The notes: generated by a model from the letters alone, not told the origin. Shown: positions 54,284-63,845, counted from the stretch's first letter. The stretch: DNA of 64,000 nt from a virus (IMGVR_UViG_3300028886_000084:7715-71714); one strand, 5' to 3'. A program made the numbers and translations.

Positions 54284-56044
54284 ATGGCCTCTTCAATATT
54301 CTCGGTCCCGCCCATAGTCAACAGGACGGTACCGTTCCAACGTTCAGCACCCACTCCTATCGACATAATGTCAGAGATGGTGATGGGTACGCCCATCGAT
54401 CCGAATGTCAAACCCAAGAAACAAAGGACCTTTGAGGTCGGCGGGGGAGAGCGTCCCGAGGACATATACTATCGTGTCACTCGGCAGAACAATTGGTGGG
54501 CGCCTTATACGGATATGTACAAGATGTTCCAGGAGAACTCACTTGCATTCACCCTTGCACTGAGGTCTGCAGTGGAGCTCACACGTTTTGACATCATCCT
54601 CAAACCAAGATTCGCACGTAAGTGTGACATGTGCGGATACGAGTCGCAGTCGATAATCGATGAATGCCCCGACTGCGGTGCAGGACTCGAACACCTGCAT
54701 AAACCCGACCCTAAACAGAAGAGACTTCTGATGAAGAAGAACGGTAAGACCTGGATCGAAGAGGCCAATAATTCCGGGCAGACACTGAAAGAGGTCATCA
54801 AATCATTCGCGTTCACACAATATCAACTGAACCAAGCATATTTTGTCTGCAATACACGCACCACCTATGATGCTGAGACCGGGGAGAAAGCTCTGACGAT
54901 CCCGGTGGAATTCCTTTCGATCGATCCCATCAGGGTCCAGCAGTTGTTCGATGACAGTGGTGAAGTGGGCAAGACCTACGGATTCACCATGGATAACAGG
55001 AACAAGATGCTGAATCTCAACAGCGACAAACAGGCAGACATCGACGAGATCATGAATCTCACCGATGAAGGCAAGCAGATCTATGCCGCGGCATATAAGG
55101 TCGGTTCCAATGTCGGTGCGTCTGGTAAGTATTGGCTGTATACCGCACAAGAGGTCTATCAGGCACATTGGTTCAAACCTGCCCTGACATACGGCGTCCC
55201 GATCTGGTACAGCATCTGGGATGACCTGAGAGCATGGAACGCTCTCGAGAAGCACTTCTTCAAACGTTACAACTACGGTGTCGTCCGTAAACTAATGTTC
55301 ATCCCCGGTGTTCAGGATGATGATATCGATGAGGTCACCAAAGGTATCACCGACACCCTCGCCAAGAATGACAACTCCATCCCCATCGTCTGCATGCCCC
55401 CCGTGATGGGTCAGACCGCGGAAATGAGGCCATACGCACTCGACCTCGGTACAGAAGATGTCATGGCTGCGTTGGCTGCAAAGGACAACATCATGAACCG
55501 TGTCTGTGCATTCGTCGGCGTGCCCAACCTGTTCGCCGGTGATGTCGAGACCAGCGGAGGGATGAACAACGAGAGCCAGCAGATCGTGGCATTCGACAGG
55601 TTTCTTATGGACAAGCTGTCATATATCGACGATCTTCTCGAAAAGGGATTCAAGGTCTGGTTCCCCGGTCTGAAGGACTGGGACATCGTCATGGACCGCC
55701 CGACTAAATCCGAGACTGACGCTAAGAAGAGGATGGCCAAGATCGATGAGATGCTCAAGATGAAACAGGCAGGCTACCTCAGCGAATGGCTTGACGGAGA
55801 GTTCCACTACTCCAGATTCCCCTTCGACCAGCAGCAGATGATCAAGCAGGCCGCCATGCAGGAGCAGCAGATGCAGCAGCAGATGATGATGCAGCAGATG
55901 CAGATGATGCAGCCCCAGGAAGGCGACGGCGACCACGGCGGAGGCGAAGGCCCCCCTGAAAGAGGCAGTGCAAGGCGTGAGGACCCCGAGATCGATGAGG
56001 CCAAGAACGAGGTCGAAGAGACGATGAGCGAGGCCGACCTATGA
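54284..56044 (+). CDS. portal protein with Zn-ribbon insertion and Gln/Met-rich tail
   Basis: Follows TerL; YGVPIW, RVCAFVGVPNLF..D..TSGGMNNESQQI. Confidence 0.85.
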   Translation: MASSIFSVPPIVNRTVPFQRSAPTPIDIMSEMVMGTPIDPNVKPKKQRTFEVGGGERPEDIYYRVTRQNNWWAPYTDMYKMFQENSLAFTLALRSAVELTRFDIILKPRFARKCDMCGYESQSIIDECPDCGAGLEHLHKPDPKQKRLLMKKNGKTWIEEANNSGQTLKEVIKSFAFTQYQLNQAYFVCNTRTTYDAETGEKALTIPVEFLSIDPIRVQQLFDDSGEVGKTYGFTMDNRNKMLNLNSDKQADIDEIMNLTDEGKQIYAAAYKVGSNVGASGKYWLYTAQEVYQAHWFKPALTYGVPIWYSIWDDLRAWNALEKHFFKRYNYGVVRKLMFIPGVQDDDIDEVTKGITDTLAKNDNSIPIVCMPPVMGQTAEMRPYALDLGTEDVMAALAAKDNIMNRVCAFVGVPNLFAGDVETSGGMNNESQQIVAFDRFLMDKLSYIDDLLEKGFKVWFPGLKDWDIVMDRPTKSETDAKKRMAKIDEMLKMKQAGYLSEWLDGEFHYSRFPFDQQQMIKQAAMQEQQMQQQMMMQQMQMMQPQEGDGDHGGGEGPPERGSARREDPEIDEAKNEVEETMSEADL

Positions 56045-56658
56045 GTGATGATGCAGTCCCTGCGTTCGTAGGGATCAGCCTTCTGCTTACCGATGAAGGC
56101 AGAGAGGCTTTGGAAAGGGCAGTCACGGAAGCAGTCAACGAGATGTTCGAGGAAAAGACCGTCGTCATCCAATGTCCTTATGCTGAGGCCGTAGAGTACG
56201 GGACCACTCCATCCAAGGGAGGGCAGAGTGATCAGATGGCTACGGATGAGGAGACCGGAGAGAGGATATCTCTGACCAAATTGAAATTCAGGGAATGGAT
56301 CGGACTCAAGGACGGGATCCACGGCAAAGAGAGGGCAGAGAAGGGCGATTCCATCTACAAACATGTGATGGAAGAAGGCGCAAAACCCCACCCGTACATC
56401 AGACCCGCGATCAAAGATCTGGAGATGACAGACTTCGACGATATAATGAACCTCACGGATGCGGACAACATCGCTGATGCCTGTGTCCAATTCCTCGCGA
56501 TGCGTATGGTCTATTATCTTGAAAAGAACAAGTCAGTTGCAACAGGCGAGCTCAAGAAATCGATAATGGTGATGCCGAAGATCATGGCACAGAACGTTCA
56601 CGATTTCGACAATACCGAGACCAAGTACAATTGGAAACCGGGGCAGGCGAGAGAATGA
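56041..56658 (+). CDS. HK97 gp10-like / head-morphogenesis protein
   Basis: YAEAVEYGT, HPYIRPA, TGELKKSI motifs. Confidence 0.55.
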   Translation: MSDDAVPAFVGISLLLTDEGREALERAVTEAVNEMFEEKTVVIQCPYAEAVEYGTTPSKGGQSDQMATDEETGERISLTKLKFREWIGLKDGIHGKERAEKGDSIYKHVMEEGAKPHPYIRPAIKDLEMTDFDDIMNLTDADNIADACVQFLAMRMVYYLEKNKSVATGELKKSIMVMPKIMAQNVHDFDNTETKYNWKPGQARE

Positions 56659-57131
56659 AGAAGATCGACGTCGAGATATGGAAGCGTCTCCTTGATGCCA
56701 AGGACGGGCTGATCTATGCAGAGTCGTTGTGCTGCAGTCTCGGAATGACACGGCGTCAGCTTCTGTCGAGGGTATCCGGGCTGAACCAGCCTTTGGTCAA
56801 GAGGGCGGGAGATGCTAAGGAGGTGTACTTCATCATCGGAGGGGACATGGCACAGCGTGCAGAGGCCACCGTGGATGTCCTGTCCACATTCTTCAAGTGC
56901 AGCCCGGACAGGATCCGCAGTGTTGCGGACTGCATCTCCGTGGCAGGATATATGACACTGGATGAGATCTCTCTGCTGACTTCGGTCCCGGTCAGGGAGG
57001 TCGCCTACATATTATATGTGATGCCGAACATCACTATGCGTAAAGGATCGAAGAAGAACCACTATGTGAGGTGTGAAGATGTATCAGTCGATTTGGGAAT
57101 TGCCAACGATCGTGCTCAACTCGCTCAATGA
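56655..57131 (+). CDS. putative double winged-helix DNA-binding protein
   Basis: LCCSLGMTRRQL and TLDEISLLTSVPVREVAYIL helix-turn-helix-like segments. Confidence 0.55.
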   Translation: MKKIDVEIWKRLLDAKDGLIYAESLCCSLGMTRRQLLSRVSGLNQPLVKRAGDAKEVYFIIGGDMAQRAEATVDVLSTFFKCSPDRIRSVADCISVAGYMTLDEISLLTSVPVREVAYILYVMPNITMRKGSKKNHYVRCEDVSVDLGIANDRAQLAQ

Positions 57132-58869
57132 AGAGGACGCAACGAAGTGGATGACCGCTTATAATGAGTGCAACCCTCGGAACAATGATGAGGCGAGAAA
57201 GGCGAAGCGTAAGGCGTGGCACTCCGTAGCAAAAGCTCCCTCCTCATTCAGTTTTGAGATCATCGCATCCACCGACACCATCGATCGTGCTAAGGACATC
57301 ATCGATCTGGAGAGCACAAAGAAGCACATGGATTCGTTCATCGACTACGGCGGGAATATCCAGAACGATCACCACAACTACACCGTCGGTACGATATGGG
57401 ACTGGAAGCCCTGTAAGGTCAAGGACGACAAGAACAGGGAAGTGGACGGTATCATCGCATACGGCAATCTCTTCGGAGGAGATCTGGTTTATGATAATAT
57501 CAGAAAATCCTTCGTCAACGGCATGAACAAGCTCTCCATCGCCGGGGAAGCTGCACCGGGCAAATACCAGTGCGATGAGCGTGGGTGCTACACCAGAAGG
57601 AATGTCCAGCAGCTGCTCGAGATCTCATTGTGTGTGGAGCCGATGAACAAGTACTGCACACTTGTGGACTACAACAAGGACGCAACGATCAAGAAGTCCG
57701 CTTCAGCGTTCAACCTCAGGATCCAGGAGTACACACTCCATAAGGACAGTGCGATGTGCCCGATAATGTCACTCAAGAAGTCACTGACAGCCATCGGTTA
57801 TGATGCCCACGCAAGAGAGGACGGGGTACACATCCCCATGTCCTTCCTTGAGTTCATCGATGACGAGGACAACTTCAGGAAACATGGGCTCAATATCGAC
57901 TATAATGGTAAATTAGGGGAAGCCGTGGTGACGCGGGGGTTTACCAGAGCCAATAAGGCAGAGAAGATGTTCGGTCAGGCCGCTACCGATGTGATGAAAG
58001 AGAACCAGCAAGCCAAGATTCAAGAACAGATGGACATCCCAGGGATGGATAACGATGAGCCATATGAATGGATTACAAGCGGAATATTGGGGGAGTGGCA
58101 AAGGGGCGGAAAAATCGCCCCTGAAAAAATAACAAATCCTGATTTAAGCAGAAATATGAGAAGCGGGAGCCCCAGTTTTTATTATGTCAATCAATTAGGG
58201 ATGCCCAAGAATACAGTATATGCGTCGCGTAGAAATTCACACGGTGGTTCCCATTGGCTTGAATCGTGGAAAATGATGGATGGGCTCGATCTTTCAGACA
58301 AGGACGTGGGCCAGTTTGCCAACGGAGTATCATTCGATCTAAATCCTAACGCACGTCATCTCGTAGTTAATAATAAACAGGAATGGCAGGATTTGTTGAA
58401 AAAATATCCATTGCTGGTCAAGAACCCAGAGGACCCTGACGGGGAACTGACGATGGACAAGGACAAGTCAGTTCTGCCTAATTGGGATGCTATCGCTAAA
58501 GATTATGACTCGATGTATATGAGCCCCCAACTTATCATGTATCTTAAAGCCATCCGTAATAAGAATCATGCTGGACCAGAGATAAACTTATCTAGGGAGA
58601 TCAGACGTCAACCGTTAAATGTCGATGGTGAGGATGCTTTGATAGCCAATATGGATGTTGAAGGTCCTGACCATATGTTCATATTCAATCCGAACGCAAT
58701 CCTTAGACAGAAACCGTATAGATACAACGAATCCGCCAAACCAACAAAAATGGATTATGAAGAAAAGAATAGAAAATACCCATCGTACTCCCAACAGGCA
58801 TTCAAGAATCAGGCACAGGGTAAAATACAATCTGAAACAAGGACAATACCAAAGGAGTGGATGCGTTGA
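57079..58869 (+). CDS. ChaB-like domain + prohead protease + unknown C-terminal domain
   Basis: N-terminal ELP..VL...W..AY...AW.SV; ASTDTIDRAKD, NDHH, LSIAG, EISLC..PMN protease motifs. Confidence 0.75.
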   Translation: MYQSIWELPTIVLNSLNEEDATKWMTAYNECNPRNNDEARKAKRKAWHSVAKAPSSFSFEIIASTDTIDRAKDIIDLESTKKHMDSFIDYGGNIQNDHHNYTVGTIWDWKPCKVKDDKNREVDGIIAYGNLFGGDLVYDNIRKSFVNGMNKLSIAGEAAPGKYQCDERGCYTRRNVQQLLEISLCVEPMNKYCTLVDYNKDATIKKSASAFNLRIQEYTLHKDSAMCPIMSLKKSLTAIGYDAHAREDGVHIPMSFLEFIDDEDNFRKHGLNIDYNGKLGEAVVTRGFTRANKAEKMFGQAATDVMKENQQAKIQEQMDIPGMDNDEPYEWITSGILGEWQRGGKIAPEKITNPDLSRNMRSGSPSFYYVNQLGMPKNTVYASRRNSHGGSHWLESWKMMDGLDLSDKDVGQFANGVSFDLNPNARHLVVNNKQEWQDLLKKYPLLVKNPEDPDGELTMDKDKSVLPNWDAIAKDYDSMYMSPQLIMYLKAIRNKNHAGPEINLSREIRRQPLNVDGEDALIANMDVEGPDHMFIFNPNAILRQKPYRYNESAKPTKMDYEEKNRKYPSYSQQAFKNQAQGKIQSETRTIPKEWMR

Positions 58870-59684
58870 TCCCTTCAACACGTTCGATGATGAGGGCCGC
58901 ACGCAGGAATGACAGATTGGTGGACATGACATTCGCCAGATCATTGGATGAGCCTGAGATGGAGTTCATCCACGCCATCAGACCCACCGAGACCGAGATC
59001 ATCGAGAAGATGAGGGCGGACCCGACCTTCTCGGGTTTCGACCCCGAACTCTACAATTCCAAGGGGGTCCTGTACGCTGCGCCTTTCAAGGATGAGAGGA
59101 CATTGTCATTGTACCACGATTATGATGGCAAGGCCTATACGGACCCTGAAGGGATCATGCGTGGTTTCATGTTCAGATGGCCGAAGGCCGACATCAACAT
59201 GGCGGACAATGAAGGGGATGTCAGAGCGATCATGGACCGTATGATGACAGGTATGCCTCTCAACAAGAGAGGAGAACTGCGCGGTGACGAACTCCTTCTG
59301 AGATTGAAGCCCGAAGACATCGAAGGATTCGGCAAGATGCTGAGGCCTTTTGCCTATGATACCAAGAACAGGAAGTTCATCACAGGCGGTCCGTTCCTGA
59401 AGTCGGCGCTCGATGATTTTAAATTCACATTCAATGGCCCCGAGCAGCCCAAGACGGATGATTATCCCATCGAAGATGAGATCAAGGACCTGCAGAGAGA
59501 GACCGAAACGATGGTCAGAAAGCATGGCAACAAGTTCTACATGAGACCCATCATCGAGAAACACAATCGCAGTTACGGTTATCTCACCACACCTGAAGAA
59601 CGCAGGGACGCCCTCAAGAAGTTCCTTACGGACATGAGAGCCGCACATGACGATGCCGTTTACAAGTGGAAAAGCAGGCGTTAA
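58857..59684 (+). CDS. hypothetical protein with shared helix motif
   Basis: PSTRSMMRAARR at the N-terminus; FARSL. Confidence 0.7.
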   Translation: MDALIPSTRSMMRAARRNDRLVDMTFARSLDEPEMEFIHAIRPTETEIIEKMRADPTFSGFDPELYNSKGVLYAAPFKDERTLSLYHDYDGKAYTDPEGIMRGFMFRWPKADINMADNEGDVRAIMDRMMTGMPLNKRGELRGDELLLRLKPEDIEGFGKMLRPFAYDTKNRKFITGGPFLKSALDDFKFTFNGPEQPKTDDYPIEDEIKDLQRETETMVRKHGNKFYMRPIIEKHNRSYGYLTTPEERRDALKKFLTDMRAAHDDAVYKWKSRR

Positions 59685-59707
59685 AACCTCTTCCCTTTTT
59701 TATACTC
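59684..59707 (+). promoter_or_regulatory. terminator/late-promoter motif AAACCTCTTCCCTTTTTTATACTC (copy 2)
   Basis: Near-identical to 30753..30776; upstream of the scaffold-MCP operon. Confidence 0.65.
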
Positions 59708-59738
59708 ATATACCTATAACACAAATAAGGTAATTACC

Positions 59739-61685
59739 ATGGATACCGAAAAGCAGTGGGATGCATTCGAAAAGAATGACTCCCAGTTTAGGAAATCAGA
59801 ATCTGTTCAGCAGGATATCCAGCAGATTTTGGATACTGTCACGCAGATCAAGACCGATGTTGACCAGCTCAAGGGAGAGAACACAGAGGCGGCCGGTCCC
59901 GTCGACGCTGAGCCTGCACTCTCAGCTCCCGAAGACAACCAACCCCCGGCAGAGCCCCCTATGGATATGAGCGGTGCAGCGCCCGGCGGCGAGACGCCCC
60001 AGGAGCCCATGGGGGATCTCATGGCACAGCCTGAGGACGGTGCAGCTACACCCGTTCCCGCACAGGAACCTGCTCCCGAGATGCCTGCAGAGGAACCCGT
60101 TCCCCCGCTCTTCGAGGAAGGTGACGAGGAGGATGTGTTTGGTGGTAAGCAGTCCGATGAGGACAAGCTTCTCCAGACCGCAATGGAAGTGGACGACCCT
60201 GAACTCAAACAGCAGATCATCGCGCTCGTCTATCAGTCACTTGAAGCGAAGAAGGCTCCTGTCGCTCCTCCGATGGAAGAGCAACTGCCCCCCGGAGCAG
60301 AGGAGATACTGGCAGCAGCCATGGACGCCAACGGTGACGGCGTGATCTCCGAGGACGAGATCGAACCGATGATGAGGTCCGCTGACTCCGAGAGCGTGCA
60401 GTGCGACGCCAACCCCGCAGAGGGTATCAAGGCTGAAGCAATCGCCCAGTCCGATGATGAAAAGAAGGACGATGACGAAGAGTCCGACGACGACAAGAAG
60501 GAAGAGCCTGGTGTGAACGATGGCCTTCCCAGCAAGGAGGAGGACAAGGACAGCACCGAGGATCTCCCTGAGGTCACCGAAGTGAAGATCGAGACGGAGG
60601 ACGTCGACGAGCCTGAAGAACAGACCCCCGAGGAGACATCCGACGAGAAGGAGGACGCCATCGACAGCATCATAGACTCCATCCTCGAAGACGCGAAGGA
60701 GAGGATCAAGGAACAGGTCGTCGAAGCCGTCGATGGAATCGACGCGGAGCACTCCCCGTTCCTCATGTCCACGGCAGAGATGATGAAGTCCAGGCGCACA
60801 GGCGGAAGCCACAGGTCGTTCAAGACCGGACCGATCAAGAAGAGCATCGAGTGGCCCGAGTCATTCGAAGACGTGAGCCCCGAGGACAAGTGCAGATACT
60901 TCGCCAAGTCCTTCACTCAGCTTCCTGCGGCCATCCAGGACGATGTCGTCACGCTCATGGACACCAAGCTCGGAAGCGATGTGACATCCAGTATCTTCAA
61001 GTCGGAGGGTGTCGACCTCGATTCGATCTACGAACCCGTTGCAAAATCGAGACAGGCACCCGAGCAGACATACACGGCACAGTGTGCCGACGATGTCGAG
61101 GGTACGGCATCAGAGGACAACGGCGGGATGACCGAGAGCGAACAGAAATCCGAATCCGTAAAAGAAGGACTCATGGATAAACTCACCGCACCCGTTGACA
61201 ACTACAAGAAGAAGAAACTTGAGAACAAGTATCAGTCAGCAGGCCCCGATCCGAAGAAGAGAGTGGCAAGTGCAGAAGGAGGATGGGACATGATCCCCGA
61301 AGGAATGTCGGATAAAGACGTGAAGACACACATGAAGCTCGACTCCAAAGGCAAAGCACCTCAATACGGATTCAAGGACAGAACTGTATCTTCATACGGC
61401 GGTCACGGACTGAAGCAGACATCCCAGGCAGAATACGATAAGGCAACGTCATCCGTTCAGAATTCCGATGATACTGAGACCCTTGAGGAATGCAAGAAAT
61501 CAGCAGACATCGGAATGCACATCCCCACGGTCAATGAGATGATGTCCTTCAGGAAGTCACACACTTCAATGTACACAGCGATCAGCAGGGAGGCTGCAGA
61601 GCCTCACGGACTGGTCGACATGGGTACTGAACAGACCATCCCCTCGGTGAAGGATATGTTCGCCAAGAGGTTCGGAAAGAGCTAA
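59739..61685 (+). CDS. capsid scaffolding protein (acidic, low complexity)
   Basis: Between protease region and MCP; very D/E/P-rich; basic C-terminal helix. Confidence 0.65.
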   Translation: MDTEKQWDAFEKNDSQFRKSESVQQDIQQILDTVTQIKTDVDQLKGENTEAAGPVDAEPALSAPEDNQPPAEPPMDMSGAAPGGETPQEPMGDLMAQPEDGAATPVPAQEPAPEMPAEEPVPPLFEEGDEEDVFGGKQSDEDKLLQTAMEVDDPELKQQIIALVYQSLEAKKAPVAPPMEEQLPPGAEEILAAAMDANGDGVISEDEIEPMMRSADSESVQCDANPAEGIKAEAIAQSDDEKKDDDEESDDDKKEEPGVNDGLPSKEEDKDSTEDLPEVTEVKIETEDVDEPEEQTPEETSDEKEDAIDSIIDSILEDAKERIKEQVVEAVDGIDAEHSPFLMSTAEMMKSRRTGGSHRSFKTGPIKKSIEWPESFEDVSPEDKCRYFAKSFTQLPAAIQDDVVTLMDTKLGSDVTSSIFKSEGVDLDSIYEPVAKSRQAPEQTYTAQCADDVEGTASEDNGGMTESEQKSESVKEGLMDKLTAPVDNYKKKKLENKYQSAGPDPKKRVASAEGGWDMIPEGMSDKDVKTHMKLDSKGKAPQYGFKDRTVSSYGGHGLKQTSQAEYDKATSSVQNSDDTETLEECKKSADIGMHIPTVNEMMSFRKSHTSMYTAISREAAEPHGLVDMGTEQTIPSVKDMFAKRFGKS

Positions 61686-61686
61686 A

Positions 61687-61704
61687 AGGGGGCGAAATCC
61701 CCCT
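61687..61704 (+). terminator. G/C hairpin between scaffold and MCP
   Basis: AGGGGG-CGAAAT-CCCCCT. Confidence 0.5.
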
Positions 61705-61754
61705 ACCCTTTAAAAAGATAAATAGAGATAATAGAAACAGTCAAGGTGTACACT

Positions 61755-63179
61755 ATGGCAACAGGAAATTTCCTCAGCATAAACGGTCAGAAGATGACCA
61801 CGTACAACGAGACAGCCGCAGACGCTGAGCGCCTTATCGACGATTACTACGCCGGTGGGTGGCAGGCTTACGCAGGCAACTCGTTCGCTAGATCGCTTGG
61901 AACTGCGGGTTACAACGCTTCCCAGCAGCAGATGTTCGACCCCATCTTCGGTAAGGAACTGCAGATCGGAATCATGACATCAGACTCTGTCGTGTCAGCC
62001 ATCGGATCCAAAGCATACAACATCGAAGGTATGAGGCTCATTATGAGCAAGAACACCTACTCTCAGGCAAAGGACTTCAAGAGAGGAGGTGTCGATGTCT
62101 TCAACGGCACCATCATGGCCAACCCCAACCAGTACCTCGGTATCGGTGCGGCAACTGTCCAGGACGGAAAGCTGACGGACGGAACCATGCTCAACCCCGA
62201 CCAGATCAGGGTCCCCTACAAAGAGATCCCCATGAATTGGAACTATGGTCTCGGTCTGATGGCACTCGAGAGCCGCGGCGATGATACCGGTTCGCACGAG
62301 CAGTACATGCAGGCGATGTCGGACTTCTACGCAGATGAGATCGACAAGGCACTTCTGAGGCCTATCACTGACGCACAGCCCAGGTCATCCTGGTTCGCTT
62401 CATACAGTGCAGGAATGACAGATGTCGAGACCTCGCTCACACCCATCAGAAGGATCGTCGCATCAGGACTCGAGGTCGGAAAGACATACAAGAACGCAGC
62501 AGGTACCGATGTCACCATCACACCTGCACTCGTCACACCCTGGGACGGACTGAACCCCAGCGGTATCGGTACGACCGGCAGAAGGTTCAAGGGAGCAACA
62601 TCCGTTTCCGCCAGTGCTGTTGAGGGAACGGTCGTCAGGAGCAACTACGACTCACAGATCCTCGACGCAGAGGGAAGGGCATTCTCACTCGAGATGATCA
62701 ACACCCTGCACACCCAGTGTCAGCAGAACAGGAAGGGAATGAAGAACAGCGCGAAGTGCTTCTACATCATGTCACCCATGATGTGGAACAAGCTCAACAT
62801 GCTTGCACTCTCCAACCGTATCTACCAGACCGTACCTCAGATGTACAGGTCTGTCGGTGTCGGCGGTCTCGAGACCGTTGAGGGACAGGACGGAGCGATC
62901 GCATTCAACTCATACCTCAACCAGCCGATCCTTGTTTCACCCAACATGGCATACGACTACGAGGCAGAGGCACCTTCCAACGCAAGCTTCGGTGACCTGA
63001 TCGATCTCGAAGGCGAGTACATGTGGATGTCACTCCTGACACCCATGGACATGTGGACCTTCAAGAACCCTGCGGTCACCATGGACCTCGAAGAGAAATA
63101 CCTCCTCCACATGAGGGAGGAGCTCAGAGCCAACAAGTTCAACGGCTCGGGAGCACTCGTCAACGTCCTTAACGAGTGA
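61755..63179 (+). CDS. major capsid protein (HK97 fold)
   Basis: FDPIFGKEL..IM..DS..SAI..K.Y...GMR pattern of archaeal tailed-virus MCPs; highly biased codon use; position. Confidence 0.8.
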   Translation: MATGNFLSINGQKMTTYNETAADAERLIDDYYAGGWQAYAGNSFARSLGTAGYNASQQQMFDPIFGKELQIGIMTSDSVVSAIGSKAYNIEGMRLIMSKNTYSQAKDFKRGGVDVFNGTIMANPNQYLGIGAATVQDGKLTDGTMLNPDQIRVPYKEIPMNWNYGLGLMALESRGDDTGSHEQYMQAMSDFYADEIDKALLRPITDAQPRSSWFASYSAGMTDVETSLTPIRRIVASGLEVGKTYKNAAGTDVTITPALVTPWDGLNPSGIGTTGRRFKGATSVSASAVEGTVVRSNYDSQILDAEGRAFSLEMINTLHTQCQQNRKGMKNSAKCFYIMSPMMWNKLNMLALSNRIYQTVPQMYRSVGVGGLETVEGQDGAIAFNSYLNQPILVSPNMAYDYEAEAPSNASFGDLIDLEGEYMWMSLLTPMDMWTFKNPAVTMDLEEKYLLHMREELRANKFNGSGALVNVLNE

Positions 63180-63185
63180 GACTAA

Positions 63186-63203
63186 GAAGGGGGAGACCCC
63201 TTC
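63186..63203 (+). terminator. GNRA-loop hairpin after MCP
   Basis: GAAGGGG-GAGA-CCCCTTC. Confidence 0.5.
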
Positions 63204-63227
63204 CCAAACTCACAACAAGGTGATAAT

Positions 63228-63824
63228 ATGACGACAGCCCCTACATTCTCTTCATTCAAGATCAAGTATGGAACCAGCGGTGAGGCTACCGGTACAATCA
63301 CTACCGGTGCAACCAACACCATCGCAGTCACTGTTCCTTACGGAACAACAGTGACTGCACTCGTAGCAGTCTTCACGGTCAATAAGGGTGACTCAACCGA
63401 TACAGTGGTGAAGGTCGGAGCCACCTCTCAGACCTCGGGAACGACAACGAACGACTTCACATCACCTGTCACATACAGTGTCCAGGACAGTACAACAGCA
63501 ACGACCAAGACAGACTATGTCGTCACGGTCACCGTTGCAGAGCCTTCCTACGACACTATGGTCGAGCACAACATCAATGCTGCCGGCTGGTACAAGGTGA
63601 AAAAGGTATCGTTCAAAGAGTTCAAGTACACAACGAACGGATTCATTCCTGCATACAGACTCCAGGCTGTCCTGGCGGTCAACGTGCCTGGAGGAATCAC
63701 GGCGTTGGTCTATGATGACACATCAGGATCGGCACCCGTTCAGAAGGTCAAGCTCTACGCTGGAACCTCAGAGGTCTCGAACAACACCAGGATTACTGGT
63801 GATATGTTCTTCCTGCTTGAGTAA
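63228..63824 (+). CDS. Ig-like (DUF5018/cadherin-like) capsid decoration protein
   Basis: IAVTVPYGTTVTAL...TTNDFTSPVTYSV...YVVTVTV. Confidence 0.7.
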   Translation: MTTAPTFSSFKIKYGTSGEATGTITTGATNTIAVTVPYGTTVTALVAVFTVNKGDSTDTVVKVGATSQTSGTTTNDFTSPVTYSVQDSTTATTKTDYVVTVTVAEPSYDTMVEHNINAAGWYKVKKVSFKEFKYTTNGFIPAYRLQAVLAVNVPGGITALVYDDTSGSAPVQKVKLYAGTSEVSNNTRITGDMFFLLE

Positions 63825-63845
63825 AACATCTTCAATGCACCCGTC

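Noticed and set aside
55828-55917. CAG/ATG tract in the portal as a phase-variation switch
   Set aside because: It is an imperfect triplet repeat; slippage would keep the frame.
52740-56490. Long minus-strand ORFs (52740..53681, 55807..56490 and others)
   Set aside because: They are antisense to TerL and portal and are expected from GC-rich third-position bias.
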